Assembly (NCBI GenBank): GCA_900088475.1
Contig: FLMG01001828.1
Coordinates: 1 to 33,655, forward strand
Direction of reading: 5' to 3'
Length of the DNA stretch: 33,655 nucleotides
Source of the DNA: Hyphochytrium catenoides
Taxonomy: Eukaryota > Protista > Hyphochytriomycota
Made by a program: the position numbers and the translations under genes. Shown piece after piece: positions 22,701 through 32,811 of this stretch (position 1 is the stretch's first letter; the number at the start of each line of letters is the position of its first letter). The notes beneath the pieces are model-generated. The model saw only the letters and a program-made list of their open reading frames with translations. It did no database searches and was not told the origin of the DNA.

Positions 22701-24584
22701 GGCTTGTTGCTGGCTCCCGTACGTGTGTTTATTGAAGCGCTTCTCATTATAATCAACGCCTTCAGGAGAGTGCATCCTTCCATTGATGAAGCGGTATGGA
22801 GAGCTATACAGAACGGACACCGTGAACTTCTGAAACCTATGAGGTTCCTCTTCCTACAGCCTCCGTGCACCCATCTTCCTATAGCCCTGCTTTGCTCATG
22901 TTGCTCAGAGGGTTCACCCCACGTCTTATATACGTAGGTCGCTCGAACCGCTGGTGCACTTTGGAAGGCCCTGGACATTCCCCTTTCCCGGCTGCGCTAC
23001 CACTGGTTCTTTAGGCCCATCTACTTCGATATTAGATGGACCTTCCTCTCAATCTGGAACGCACCTTACTTCTGGGCGGAGTATGCCATGTAAGACGCAA
23101 AAGCCAAAGCCTAGCTTGGGGAATGCTGGGGAAATGAAGGCGAAGATTAGGGACGGAAGTGTGATGTCGTTACCAATGGAAGTTTGGAGCCTTGTGGCTC
23201 AACTGGGAACAGAGCAGCAGTATAGAGCATTGCCATGTCCGTCTGTTTGGAAACGTAACTGGGAAGATTTTTTACATCCGCTCGTGGTGGTGGTCCCCAA
23301 CCTTTTAGGCCTCAGGTGTGTCCACTCGGAAGTCGAGTGGAGGTGCGGAGCCTTAGAAATATTCGGGAAAAGGTGACAATAGCCATAGACAGACGTCGAA
23401 AAGTACGTGTTCCACCTGTCATCTTACACTGTCTTTGGTAGATTGTCTGGCATCGTAGAAGTCTCCCATGCCTGTCTGTTTCCATCCACGGACCGTCACC
23501 TTTGATCCCTCTGGTTCTCATCTTAGTCCCTTTCGCCAATTCCTCTTTGATCTCTGCATCTACCTCCAAAGCGGACCCTGACGTTCCTTCCCTCTCTCAT
23601 TACTTCTCTCTGCGCCTGGGCAACAGGATATAGAAGCTAATGCTAAGCAAGAGGTGTTGGGGGACTTTGGTCCCGGTGACTGGTTCAGGGTGATTGAAGG
23701 CCACTGCTACTCGAAGTCAATACAGGTCCGTAACTCCATACATAACCTGCCTGTCGCCCCACCTCATTCGAGGCTAGCGTAACTCCTCGCTAGGCGGTTG
23801 CATCCTTTGCTCTCTTGCCTCGATTTCTCAGAATGATCGCTCCTGGCTGACTTGCTCTTCTTCCTTTGACCGATGCTCTTTCCTTTATGTCACTTCTAGG
23901 GCTATACCTACAGGCTCTGTCCGTTCCACAATGTCACCCAGAGCGGGGTGCTGATAGGCAGTGACTTTGCCTGGGACCAGGAAGGGACGTACAAGGCAAT
24001 GAACTTCTCTGCAGGACAGCGCTGTTTCATCGGAATTGATAGGTCCTAAGCCTTTCTAATCTCGTGCCTACTCTGTGTCTAAACCGCCCACCTCTTCATT
24101 TACTCTTTCCTTCCTCACGCCGCCCCTTCTAGTCTTCTCGGCGTTGCGCTTCATCTTTTTCATTGTAAGCATCTTTCTTTGTCATTCTCTCTCTTCGTGC
24201 TAGCTATCCAACCTCGCAGTACCCCATCTAACTGTGCATAAAATGTAGATCTGTGCTCGTATCTCTGTCGTGCTGCCCAGAGGAAGAGATCTTGGACGTC
24301 AGTGAGCCAGAGGTATGTACACCGGCAAGACCATCCGCACTGCAAGAGTGTGTCCTAGAGTTTCTAAAGAGAGTTCCCGCAACCTGCCCCTCTCCCTAAC
24401 TTTATATTGCGGGTCATTGTAGACGTGCAGCTATCGGATGGCGTTTTGCACGACAAGTGCCTGTCAACCGGAGGATTATGAGGCTATTAGAGCCAACATA
24501 GACACTCTGCGTCAGCTGATAGAGCAAGGAGGCAGTGTAGCGCCATTAGGTGAGATAGAACTCAAGCTGGCAGGCAGTACGTAG
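19760..24584 (+). CDS. PRKCSH: Glucosidase II beta subunit / PRKCSH-like protein (N-terminal Cys-rich LDLa-like region, coiled coil, C-terminal MRH domain); central exons only partly resolved
   Basis: Exon 19760-19972: hydrophobic signal-like stretch then GVHP...Y. Exon 20396-20554: FVCLNG...VNDDYCDCPDGSDEPGTPAC. Exon 20720-20966: SSRVQDGVCDCCDGSDE...CPDRC plus coiled coil. C-terminal exons: ~23627-23725 DFGPGDWFRVIEGHCYS, ~23900-24043 YTYRLCPFHNVTQ...GQRCFIGIDR, ~24249-24312 SVLVSLSCC...SEPE, 24423-24584 TCSYRMAFCTTSAC. The last exon end may differ if the GT at ~24550 is used. Confidence 0.85.
20117..20345 (+). repeat. Degenerate CT-rich microsatellite tract in intron 1 of the PRKCSH-like gene
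   Basis: Multiple (TC)n runs, e.g. tctctctctctctctctctc at ~20183-20202. Confidence 0.75.
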
Positions 24585-24611
24585 GAGATTGGGCTTTGAG
24601 GATAATCATAA

Positions 24612-25697
24612 GACTAAGCACCTTGGACGGTCGGCAGCCCTGAGAGGCATTGAGATCTTCTCTTGCCTCTCTTACGACAGCGTAGAGATTCTTTAACTGA
24701 GGTGATACTATAGTACTTCTCCGTACCTGCCATGGATGGGCTTGATGACCAATCTCAGTGTCGGCATCTCTGTCTTTCTTCTTCGCCGCTATCTCCTGAG
24801 CTCGAGCTCTTCTATGCCTTCGATTCCTTTCATAATCTGTCTATCAATCGCTCGTCCACCTTACTCCTTGCAGTCTTGCTCCCTATTACAGAGCTTCTCT
24901 ATCGATATGGCCAACAGGCCTATACATATTTTCTTCTTCTCGCGCGCGTCGTCGTCTCCCCGCTGCTCTACCTTTTCCACACGGGCCTGTACTCCATTAG
25001 ATCTCAGCCCAGGTCTTCCTGCTGTAGTTCCCTGTCCACGCCCATTCCTCTGACTAGAGTATAGAAGCCTGCCAAGAACTTGTCATCTCAGAACCAATTG
25101 TCCGGTCCCTGGCAGGCTGGGGCTTCCGATCTTCTTCTCCGTCGCGCTCAACTCTTCCTCTCCTACATTTTCCTGCTATAAAGTAACAGGAAGGTCATGT
25201 GGGCATGGGATCTTCCTCTGCATGCTTGGGCCGGTTCAGCTACTCACAGAGGTTGACATCTCTTCAGGCCAGCGATGGTCTCTCTTTGAGACCTAGTAGA
25301 TTAACGGGTATGCCCTCCTCTGCCATCAAGCTGAGCTACCTCTATGACGGAAGTACTTCCTTATATTTATATGGGTTTCATTGGCAAAGTATAGTCCAAT
25401 CTACTCCTTACTCCATTGGGCCAGGTGATCGTGCCTTCTTCTCAGCATTGCGCAAGAAGAAAGTCAGCAAACCTCAGCCGCTCTACTGTCAAGCCATCCA
25501 GAAGAAACAAGCTATTCGAGCACACAGCTGTCTTCTCGTCTCGACCAACCCGATATCTCTCACCCAAACGTCGCTGTAAGAACCTTGGCCCCCTGCTCCT
25601 CTTGTGGCTTGCTACGGAAGAAGTCTTCAACTATCGCTTCTTTATTGGTGCGAGGAACCAGGAGGAGATGGGGAGATGATCCCTCAGCGCTGCTCAT
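24612..25697 (-). CDS. Possible multi-exon hypothetical gene divergent from the TPR gene
   Basis: ATG at 25697 opens MSSAEGSSPHLLLVPRTNKEAIVEDFFRSKPQEEQGAKVLTATFG ending at a GTGAGA donor. A downstream AG-to-GT segment TDYERNRRHRRARAQEIAAKKKDRDADTEIGHQAHPWQ (~24840-24727) looks coding. Intermediate exons could not be phased. Confidence 0.35.
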
Positions 25698-26072
25698 GGC
25701 TCCACTATGATGATCATCATCTTGAAAAGGCATCGTCCCTCTTCCTTCCTATCTTTCTTGGGCAATAGTTTGATTGAGCAGAGAGCCTCGTCATGGGTCA
25801 TGAGTCATGAGCACACGTTTTTTAATGCCTTCTGAATGAGCGTTAGCAGCTTGCGGTGCGGTCTTTCAAGCTGTACGAGGACTTTAGGACTTTATGGAGA
25901 TTGTGAGTGAGCTGTTGGCATTGCTTGAGCCAAGGCTTGAGCTCTACTGTTTATAATCTGCATACTCTCTGGATTGTTTGATCAGACGACCAAGAGGGTG
26001 AAGACCTTTACTATAGTGAAGCTTTTAGGGCGACCAAAAGTGCGTTGAGACACATCACTCTTCAGCTCCAGG

Positions 26073-27811
26073 ATGAAGAGAGTGTTTGTGGGTGTCACGG
26101 CTGCAGCTCGGAGAGGCAGAGAAGTCTCCCGAAGCTTACGGCCGTATGGGTGGCTTGCGGCAGGTAAGCAGCAACGCTGGCGGACGAGCGCCGTGGTATG
26201 TTACTGGGCAATACTCTTACGTTCCTCTCTTATATATCTGTAGGACGGCTCTCATCCCAGCGGCTGGGCTCGGCGACTTTGGTGCCTAGGATAAGATCTA
26301 TGGTCACGGTTCATAGTAGCAAGGACATTACCGGCGTTGAAGGCACGCCAGCATACTCGGATGTGGAGCGACAGGTCAGCGAGATGCAAAGAGGCATCAA
26401 AGCTCAACATGGGTAAGAGGATAGAGATAGCTGAGGCAGCAAATGAGTGTTGGTCCTGCACTTCCACCTCCGCCTTCTTTTCCAGACCTTCAGCTTGATC
26501 TTACTTCTCTGTGCATCATTGTGCCCACTCATTCTCCCTTCTCTCTGGTCTCAAGCTCTGGCAGACACGGATTGTCCTACCTTTGTCATGCTTACTGTCT
26601 CTATGTTACTTCTCTCCAGAGCTGGACGGTATCAAGAAGCTATTGCATCAGCTGAATATCTCCTTTCATTTGTCGAAGAGCATCTGGGCCGAGATCATCC
26701 CGTGTACGCCAGCACTATGAATGATATGGCGCTCTTCAATAAGCTCGTTGGGAACTATGAGAAAGCGGTAGAGCTCTACACTATGGCGCTAACTGTCTAT
26801 AGGAACACAGTCTCCGAAAAGCATCGGTCGTATCTTATCACAATGACGAACCTGGGCCTACTGTTCAAGGTAGGACCGAAGACTTTCACTTCTTCACTGT
26901 TGTCTCTCTGTCTAGGGGCTGCCTTCTCTTCGATCCGACTGCAAGCGCGGTCTATGCCTCACGCGCTTCCGTCCCTACGTCCTTCCTCTCACCGGATGCA
27001 TGTTGGCTTGTCGGCCACTGCTTATCGCCCGTCCCTGACAATCTATCATCTGGATGATCTCTAGTCCATGTATAACTGCTCTTTGCCTTCGTATCTGCTG
27101 CCTAACAACAACAAAAAAAATGCCCCCACAGGAGATGTCACAGGCCTCGAAGAAGCTTGATCATGATGCTCTATTACAGAGATCGATAGACACCTTAAAA
27201 GAAGCGCTGGATTTGAAGATGGAGATCTATGGCGCAATGCACCCAGAGATTGGACTGGCAAAGAGCCACTTAGGGGCTGCCTATCACGCGCAAGGAAAGA
27301 AAGAAGAAGCGGAGGAGCTGCTAAGGGACGCTGTTAGCATTACTCTCAAAGCCCATGGAGACGATCACCTCATGACTGCAACGGCCAAGAATAACCTTGG
27401 AGTCTTTCTGAAGGCGCATAAGCAGTACGACGAGGCACTGAGATTATACGAGGATGCCTTGCAGGTACGGCTTGGGTTCTATTTCTATTGTTAGGTGGAC
27501 CGGAGGTATAGCGCATAAGAGAGCTACAGAGGCCAGCCAAATGGGTTGGGCAAGAGAGGGACGTGCAGCCAACTGCAGCATAAGAACGGCCTGTTGGGCA
27601 GTTCTGTGAAGAGCTGATGTGATGTCTACTTCTCTGCTAGGCGAGGCAAAAGAAGCTCGGCGCATGGCACCAGAGCAGCATTATTTCCATGCATAACATC
27701 GCGGAGCTGCATCGTGCTAAAGGAGATGAAGAAAAAGCAGTGGAGATTCAAGAGAAGATTCTCGACATTATGGAGGAGCATTACCAGGAGAACAAGGAGC
27801 AAGGAGGTTGA
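26073..27811 (+). CDS. TPR-repeat protein of the kinesin-light-chain-like (TPR_12/TPR_10) type with probable mitochondrial presequence, 5 exons (26073-26163, 26244-26412, 26620-26869, 27132-27464, 27641-27811), 337 aa
   Basis: Repeats such as GRYQEAI...LGRDHPVYASTMNDMALF...GNYEKAVELY..AL, YGAMHPEIGLAKSHLGAAY..QGKKEEAEELL, HGDDHLMTATAKNNLGVFL...YDEALRLYEDALQ, LGAWHQSSIISMHNIAEL. The N-terminus MKRVFVGVTAAARRGREVSRSLRPYGWLAAGRLSSQRL is Arg/Ser/Ala-rich and nearly acid-free. Exon phases are consistent. Confidence 0.85.
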
Positions 27812-27888
27812 GAGCAGAAAGGAACGACGCTGTTTTGCCGTCCAAGTATCATTCACACCAGATGCCCCATAGTCCGTCTTAAAAGCTG

Positions 27889-28722
27889 TCATGGTGCGGA
27901 CTGTAGCAGTCTTTCTACTTTGGACTTCATAAGGGGGTTGGAAGATACACAGCGTGACGCTGTGTATGGAGGAAGTATCCGGACCGCGCCTTGGAAGAGT
28001 GCTAGTTCTGCAGGCGTCTTCGTCTCATCTAGCTCGAAAGGCAGCAAGTTCTATCAAGCGGTACCATCGAGAAGTATCAGGGAGATAGGCAGGCAAAGGG
28101 AAGGCAGATGGAAAAGAGGGATAAATGCATCAGAGGCGCTAAGTTTTCAGTGTCATAGGACTATAAGATCCATCGAAGTCGGAATGCACCTGCTTAAGAA
28201 GCTCTTCCACTTGTGACCTCCTGCTCTTTAGCTCTTCGCCTTCTACCGGCAGCTTTTCGGCCAGGTCAGCCTTGCCTCCTTTTCGTGCTTGCTTCTCTTC
28301 TTCTTGAAGCATCAAAAACAGGTCTTTCTCCTCTCCTCCGGCATCTATAGCTACAAAGACATACCCAAACGTCAGCTCTCAGCGTTCCAGAAGGGACCAG
28401 ACACGAGGAGTAGGCGTTGAAGCGGCTTACCAACGATGGACTCTATGGCGTCTGGGAAGATCAACGCTATCCGACCGCCCATGGGGGTCTTATCTTCTAT
28501 GTCCCTTGGCAAGAGACAGCTAGTAGGGAAAAGGAGCAGTGTGGTGATGCCAGTCTCCGGGTCGATCGAGAACAGAACGCCCCTGATACCTTGATCGGGA
28601 GCTTCTTTCAGCCGGAGATCTACGGTTCTTTCAATCAGGTCATGGAACTCCTTGTAAGCAGAAGAGAGCACAAATGGGGAGATCTCATCCGTGATCATCT
28701 CTCCTCCTTCGTGGTGGGACAT
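27889..28722 (-). CDS. GEMIN6: Gemin6 (SMN complex component; Sm-like fold plus C-terminal domain), 3 exons (28722-28431, 28350-28190, 28050-27889), 204 aa
   Basis: Sm-like N-terminal half IRGVLFSIDPETGITTLL...ALIFPDAIESI. C-terminal half ELKSRRSQVEELLKQNLLPF...GAVRILPPYTASRCVSSNPLMKSKVERLL resembles recalled Gemin6 motifs (IDPxS, R...LxxNxxP, IxPPY...CxSxN). LSM12 has a similar architecture and is the alternative. Confidence 0.8.
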
Positions 28723-29551
28723 TCTTTGTTGAGAAGCAGGGTGGAAGACGCAAGCGTTGCAAGCTAGTCTCTGAGCCAGGCCGTAGACGGATTAGCCGTG
28801 GACATTAACATAAGAAGCCGCCATATTCTAGATGGAAGCCTCAGCGTCTTATGGCCATCTCTAGACAACAATAAGCTCTGCTTTTGGGAGAAGTTTCCCG
28901 GATCATGAGGGTATGAGAGAGATCGGGCAGAGCAGTTGCTTCACGTGGCGAGAGCCTTCTGCTTTCTGCTCTTCATAGTCTTGCTCCCTTGCTCGTGTGC
29001 CTTCGATGAAAACACCCGGTTCGGGCTCACTGATGACTTTCATCGGAACTGCGATCTCAATAAATAGCAGAGGCTGCAATAACAGAGTTCCAATAAAATC
29101 AATTTTAGTGAGAATGAAGAATCATAGATCTAGTTATCGATTAATTGACACATTAGTTATCCGCTCCGGAGCACAAAGTCCGCGGGTGCCGCCGACGCAT
29201 TGGCTTTTCCCTCGGAACTGCACAGAAACTTCGAAGGAGACGGATGGCGCGGATGCGGACTTTCAGAGATCTGAGACATTGATCTGCGGCTGCTGATTTT
29301 CTGACCATCAGATCCGATTTGAACTGGTTCGCATCTTTGGTTTGAAGCGTTACTCAGTAGCAGCTCCATCACTCTTCCGCTCATCATCTGCTTCCTTACA
29401 TCGCCTCTTTGAGGCCTCGAATGGACAAGTGCGACTTCCACAGTGCCTACCCGCAGCTGTGCTTTTGACCCACACTAGACGTCGGCACTATCGGGTTAGG
29501 TCAGGGAGGCTCAGGGACAAGCTCACCAGATAGACCTGGTGGCATTTAACA
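28723..29551. promoter_or_regulatory. Probable bidirectional promoter region between Gemin6 and the 605-aa unknown gene, with an AT-rich core near 29085-29160
   Basis: 829 nt between divergent start codons; local AT enrichment (caataaaatcaattttagtg...ttatcgattaattgac). Confidence 0.45.
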
Positions 29552-32107
29552 ATGTCTGGCCCAGAAGACACACTTCTGTTGGGGGATCCCTTAGGCACCA
29601 CCTTTGGGCAGCCAAGAACTCCATCAAGGTGGACAGCAGTCGACAGGACACCTCAATCTACTTTTCCTAACGTATATCCATAGGCAGCCTGCAACGAAGA
29701 AGAGGCGTGTCGACGCGAGGTACCCAGTGGACGGCACACCAGACGAAGTCAGAGCTAACCTGAAGCTTGCAATAGAGGAGATCGCCCGGCTTGAGGAGGA
29801 ATTAGCGCAGGTAAAAGTCCAGTCACAGTTCAGGACTTGAGCAGCAGAGAGCGCTCCCTAACCCCAGCTTGGATCGCAAAAGAAAAAGGAACAGCTGAAT
29901 CGTTCAAAGCAGCAAGGTGCCGGTCGCTTCCGACTAGATGCCTACAAAGTAGTAGAGTGGTTCAAGGAAAAAGCAAGCAGGGACAAGGCTTTTGTCAGAG
30001 ACTTCACCCGCACACTATGCTCAGAGATTCATGCCAAACAGGTATCTGCTAACCGTCGCCGGACAATTAAGGAATGTTAATGGGACTTAGTGGCTCCTCT
30101 GTCTTCACGAAGGTGATGGAGTTCGTGGACGCTATTTGCTCTGTCAAGCTACAGAGGAAAGGCACTCACGAGCTTATTCAAAGAGAGGAAGACGAGGGTG
30201 CAGGCGTCAAGCATCCCAAAAACAGAGACAGAGAGAGAAAGATGCGTGCAAGGCTGATGCTGAAGTGCGTTGGCCTAATCTCCGGAGCTGACCCCAGAGA
30301 GCTCTATTACTTCGAGCCCAGAGTTTCTATGGAAGGCCCTAAGGTAGGTGCGATTATGTCCGGTACCTGTCCTCACTTCAAAGGTCTCTTGGTTCTCTGT
30401 TCTGTTTCCTCAAGCTGCCTTCTTTGCCCCTAGCTCTGTCAATACGGGTCAAGAGCCATGCCTACGCGCTGGCGTTCTGTCGTTATGCTAATCCTTTAAA
30501 AGATGCATCTTTATGTCTCCTTTGTAACTTACGGCTTCTCACGGATCTCATCATGGAACAGAATCCTCCACCCATAGGTGGAGCCCCTGACGTCCAATAT
30601 GCCGATGTTCCTGGTGTCAGTCAAGATCTAGAACCGCCAATGATGATTCCAGAGCCTCCTGAGAGCTTAGACTCGCGTCAATGGCCTCTCTCCATGGAGT
30701 CTAGCTACACTTCACACGTAAAGGCCGGACTCTTGTCACCCCTCCCCTTTGTCTGTTCTGCACTCCAGCCTCTTTAACTTCTCCTCCCGCTCACCTCCAT
30801 CCCTCAATTTCTCAGAGTCACTGTCTCTTCTTACGTAGTATCGCTTCTTCGTCCAACCACATATGCAAGCAGAGACCATCTAACTCTTCGCCCTCTTTTC
30901 TCAAGGGACTTAGTTTGCCAATCTTTCTTCTTTCTGTGTCCCTAATTAGATCTATCTCCATTCAAACCCACCGTACTCTTCTGGTGGTAGCAGTTGCTCT
31001 CTGCACTCACCTCCTCTCTTCCTTCTTCCCCCTTGGTAGGCATTGCGACAAGGACTGATTGACCTGTTCGAGTACAATGCGCTTAACACCTATCTCTTCC
31101 ATGTTATTGGAAACTATCGGCACGGAGAGATATTACCTACTATCGAGAGCATCAAGGGCCCCAAACCCAAGCCCAATGCTATGGGGGAGCCCGGAAAGAA
31201 GATGCCAACCGCCAACCAGCTGGCTCCTCTGGGTGCTAGTCATCTTATGATGAAGATGGATACTGGGCATAAGTTAGAGGGAGAGCATCACACTTTAAGT
31301 GGCCTCAAACCCCGCTCTCGACGGTGGCGAATCCCTGGTGAGGGAACAGATTCACTAAGAAACTACTGGTCTCCAGGATTCAAAGAAGGGAAGCTTCCTT
31401 CGCAACGATTGGTTAAGCTAGATCCTCCACAAACACAGGTGTTATTATGGGCTTTCTTGACCTACAATCGCACTTTACCTCGCAGTATCGCCGTTCGAAG
31501 AAAGATACAACTTAACTGCCTACTTCCTCCACACGGAGAGGATCTCAGCTACCAGTTTAAATCTCTTAGGGATGAGCTGGGTAGGCTGGACAGCTCGCGG
31601 CTTGTCCAGCTGGTTGGCGGGCTTATGTCCTCGTCTGTGGGAGAGATAGAAAGAGACACGAAGGGCTTCACTCGGATTATGGTTCTGGCGGACGGGGTAC
31701 CTGCTGACCCTAGATTGCAGACTGAGATCATCCAAGCAGTGGCCAACGTTGCGATTGAGGCCAGATTAGTGGCATGGAAGCTCGCCCTTATGAACCAGCT
31801 AGCCTTCTGCGTAGTCTTGGACACGGTGGACGCTGTCCGGATGCTCAGGGAACGCTACGGTATGATCCGGTCATCTCAACCCGATATCGTCCTGTTGAAC
31901 TACGAGTTCAAGAGCCCTCGTTACCACATTCGAAAGAGAGTAACAGATATCAAGAGGTCCATTCGGCAGATCATGATGGCCTATTACGACGGTACTTTAG
32001 GATATGAACCCACGGGCTTAGCGGCTGCTGCTGCAGCAGCCGCAGCTGCAGCTGCTGCGACAGCATTCTCACATCCCCCTCACGAGGAAGAGGTCACTCA
32101 TGTTTGA
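29552..32107 (+). CDS. Uncharacterised protein, 6 exons (29552-29628, 29684-29810, 29883-30041, 30113-30343, 30562-30717, 31040-32107), ~605 aa; NLS-like motif, coiled coil, Pro-rich linker, globular C-terminal region, poly-Ala tail
   Basis: All junctions are GT-AG and in phase; summed length is 1818 nt; the last exon matches the 354-aa ORF. PATKKRRV near the N-terminus; LKLAIEEIARLEEELAQKKEQL heptads. No family recognised. Confidence 0.8.
32021..32059 (+). repeat. Coding (GCN)13 trinucleotide repeat encoding poly-alanine
   Basis: gcggctgctgctgcagcagccgcagctgcagctgctgcg in frame with the last exon. Confidence 0.92.
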
Positions 32108-32609
32108 GTCCGCAGTAAGAAGTCGCTCCCGTTAGAGTCTCTCTGTACATAGGTCTAACCAACTGGCTTTTACTTTAAATTCAATCCATTCCCTCCCTAA
32201 CCCATTGCCGCTAAGATACCCCGGCGGAGGATGCTTAGGGATGAGAAAGTTTAAACTTAGAGGCAGCCACCTGCGGTATACCTTGGGTGATCGAGCTCCT
32301 TTCGCTTTGCCGCTATGTTCGATTCCAACTCTACCCCTTTCTGTCAGTACACGCACTCTCTCTCCTTCTTTGGGCTGATTAAACAGTTTTTTTAGTCGTT
32401 ACGTCCATCCTATCGACGGGATCTGACAATGGCTAGGCAGCTAGTGGTTTGTGAAAGAATAGAGGTAGCTATGTGTTTGTTCCTTTGGCCAGAAGAATCA
32501 TCAACTTCCCACCTATAACGAAAGCCGGCAGCATCTGCTGTTTGCAGGCGCAAGAGGGATAAGGGAGAGTAAAGAGAAAGCAATAATCCTCCTGCTAAGC
32601 CGTCGGAGT

Positions 32610-32664
32610 CAAGCACTACTATCCTTGATGGTACACCCGCAAGCACTACTAAGCTTGATGGTAC
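32610..32664 (+). repeat. Two-copy direct repeat, 25-nt unit at 30-nt period
   Basis: caagcactactaTCcttgatggtac (32610-32634) and caagcactactaAGcttgatggtac (32640-32664), 23/25 identical. Confidence 0.85.
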
Positions 32665-32811
32665 CACCACTCTTGCGGTCTCTTCGTCTACTCAAATGTA
32701 CGAGACTACTATCGACGATACCAGGCCACATTAGGTAGTTGGCCTCCCAAACCTAATGCTTTAGACCTTTTCTACCCCGATCTTCATCTCTGCGAAGTAA
32801 TAGCACTTCCT

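Noticed and set aside
3810-28722. C9orf78 and Gemin6 as a snRNP-related gene cluster
   Set aside because: They are ~23 kb apart with unrelated genes between; chance co-occurrence is sufficient.
32610-32664. Direct repeats as a mini CRISPR array
   Set aside because: Only two copies separated by 5 nt, eukaryotic context, no cas genes.
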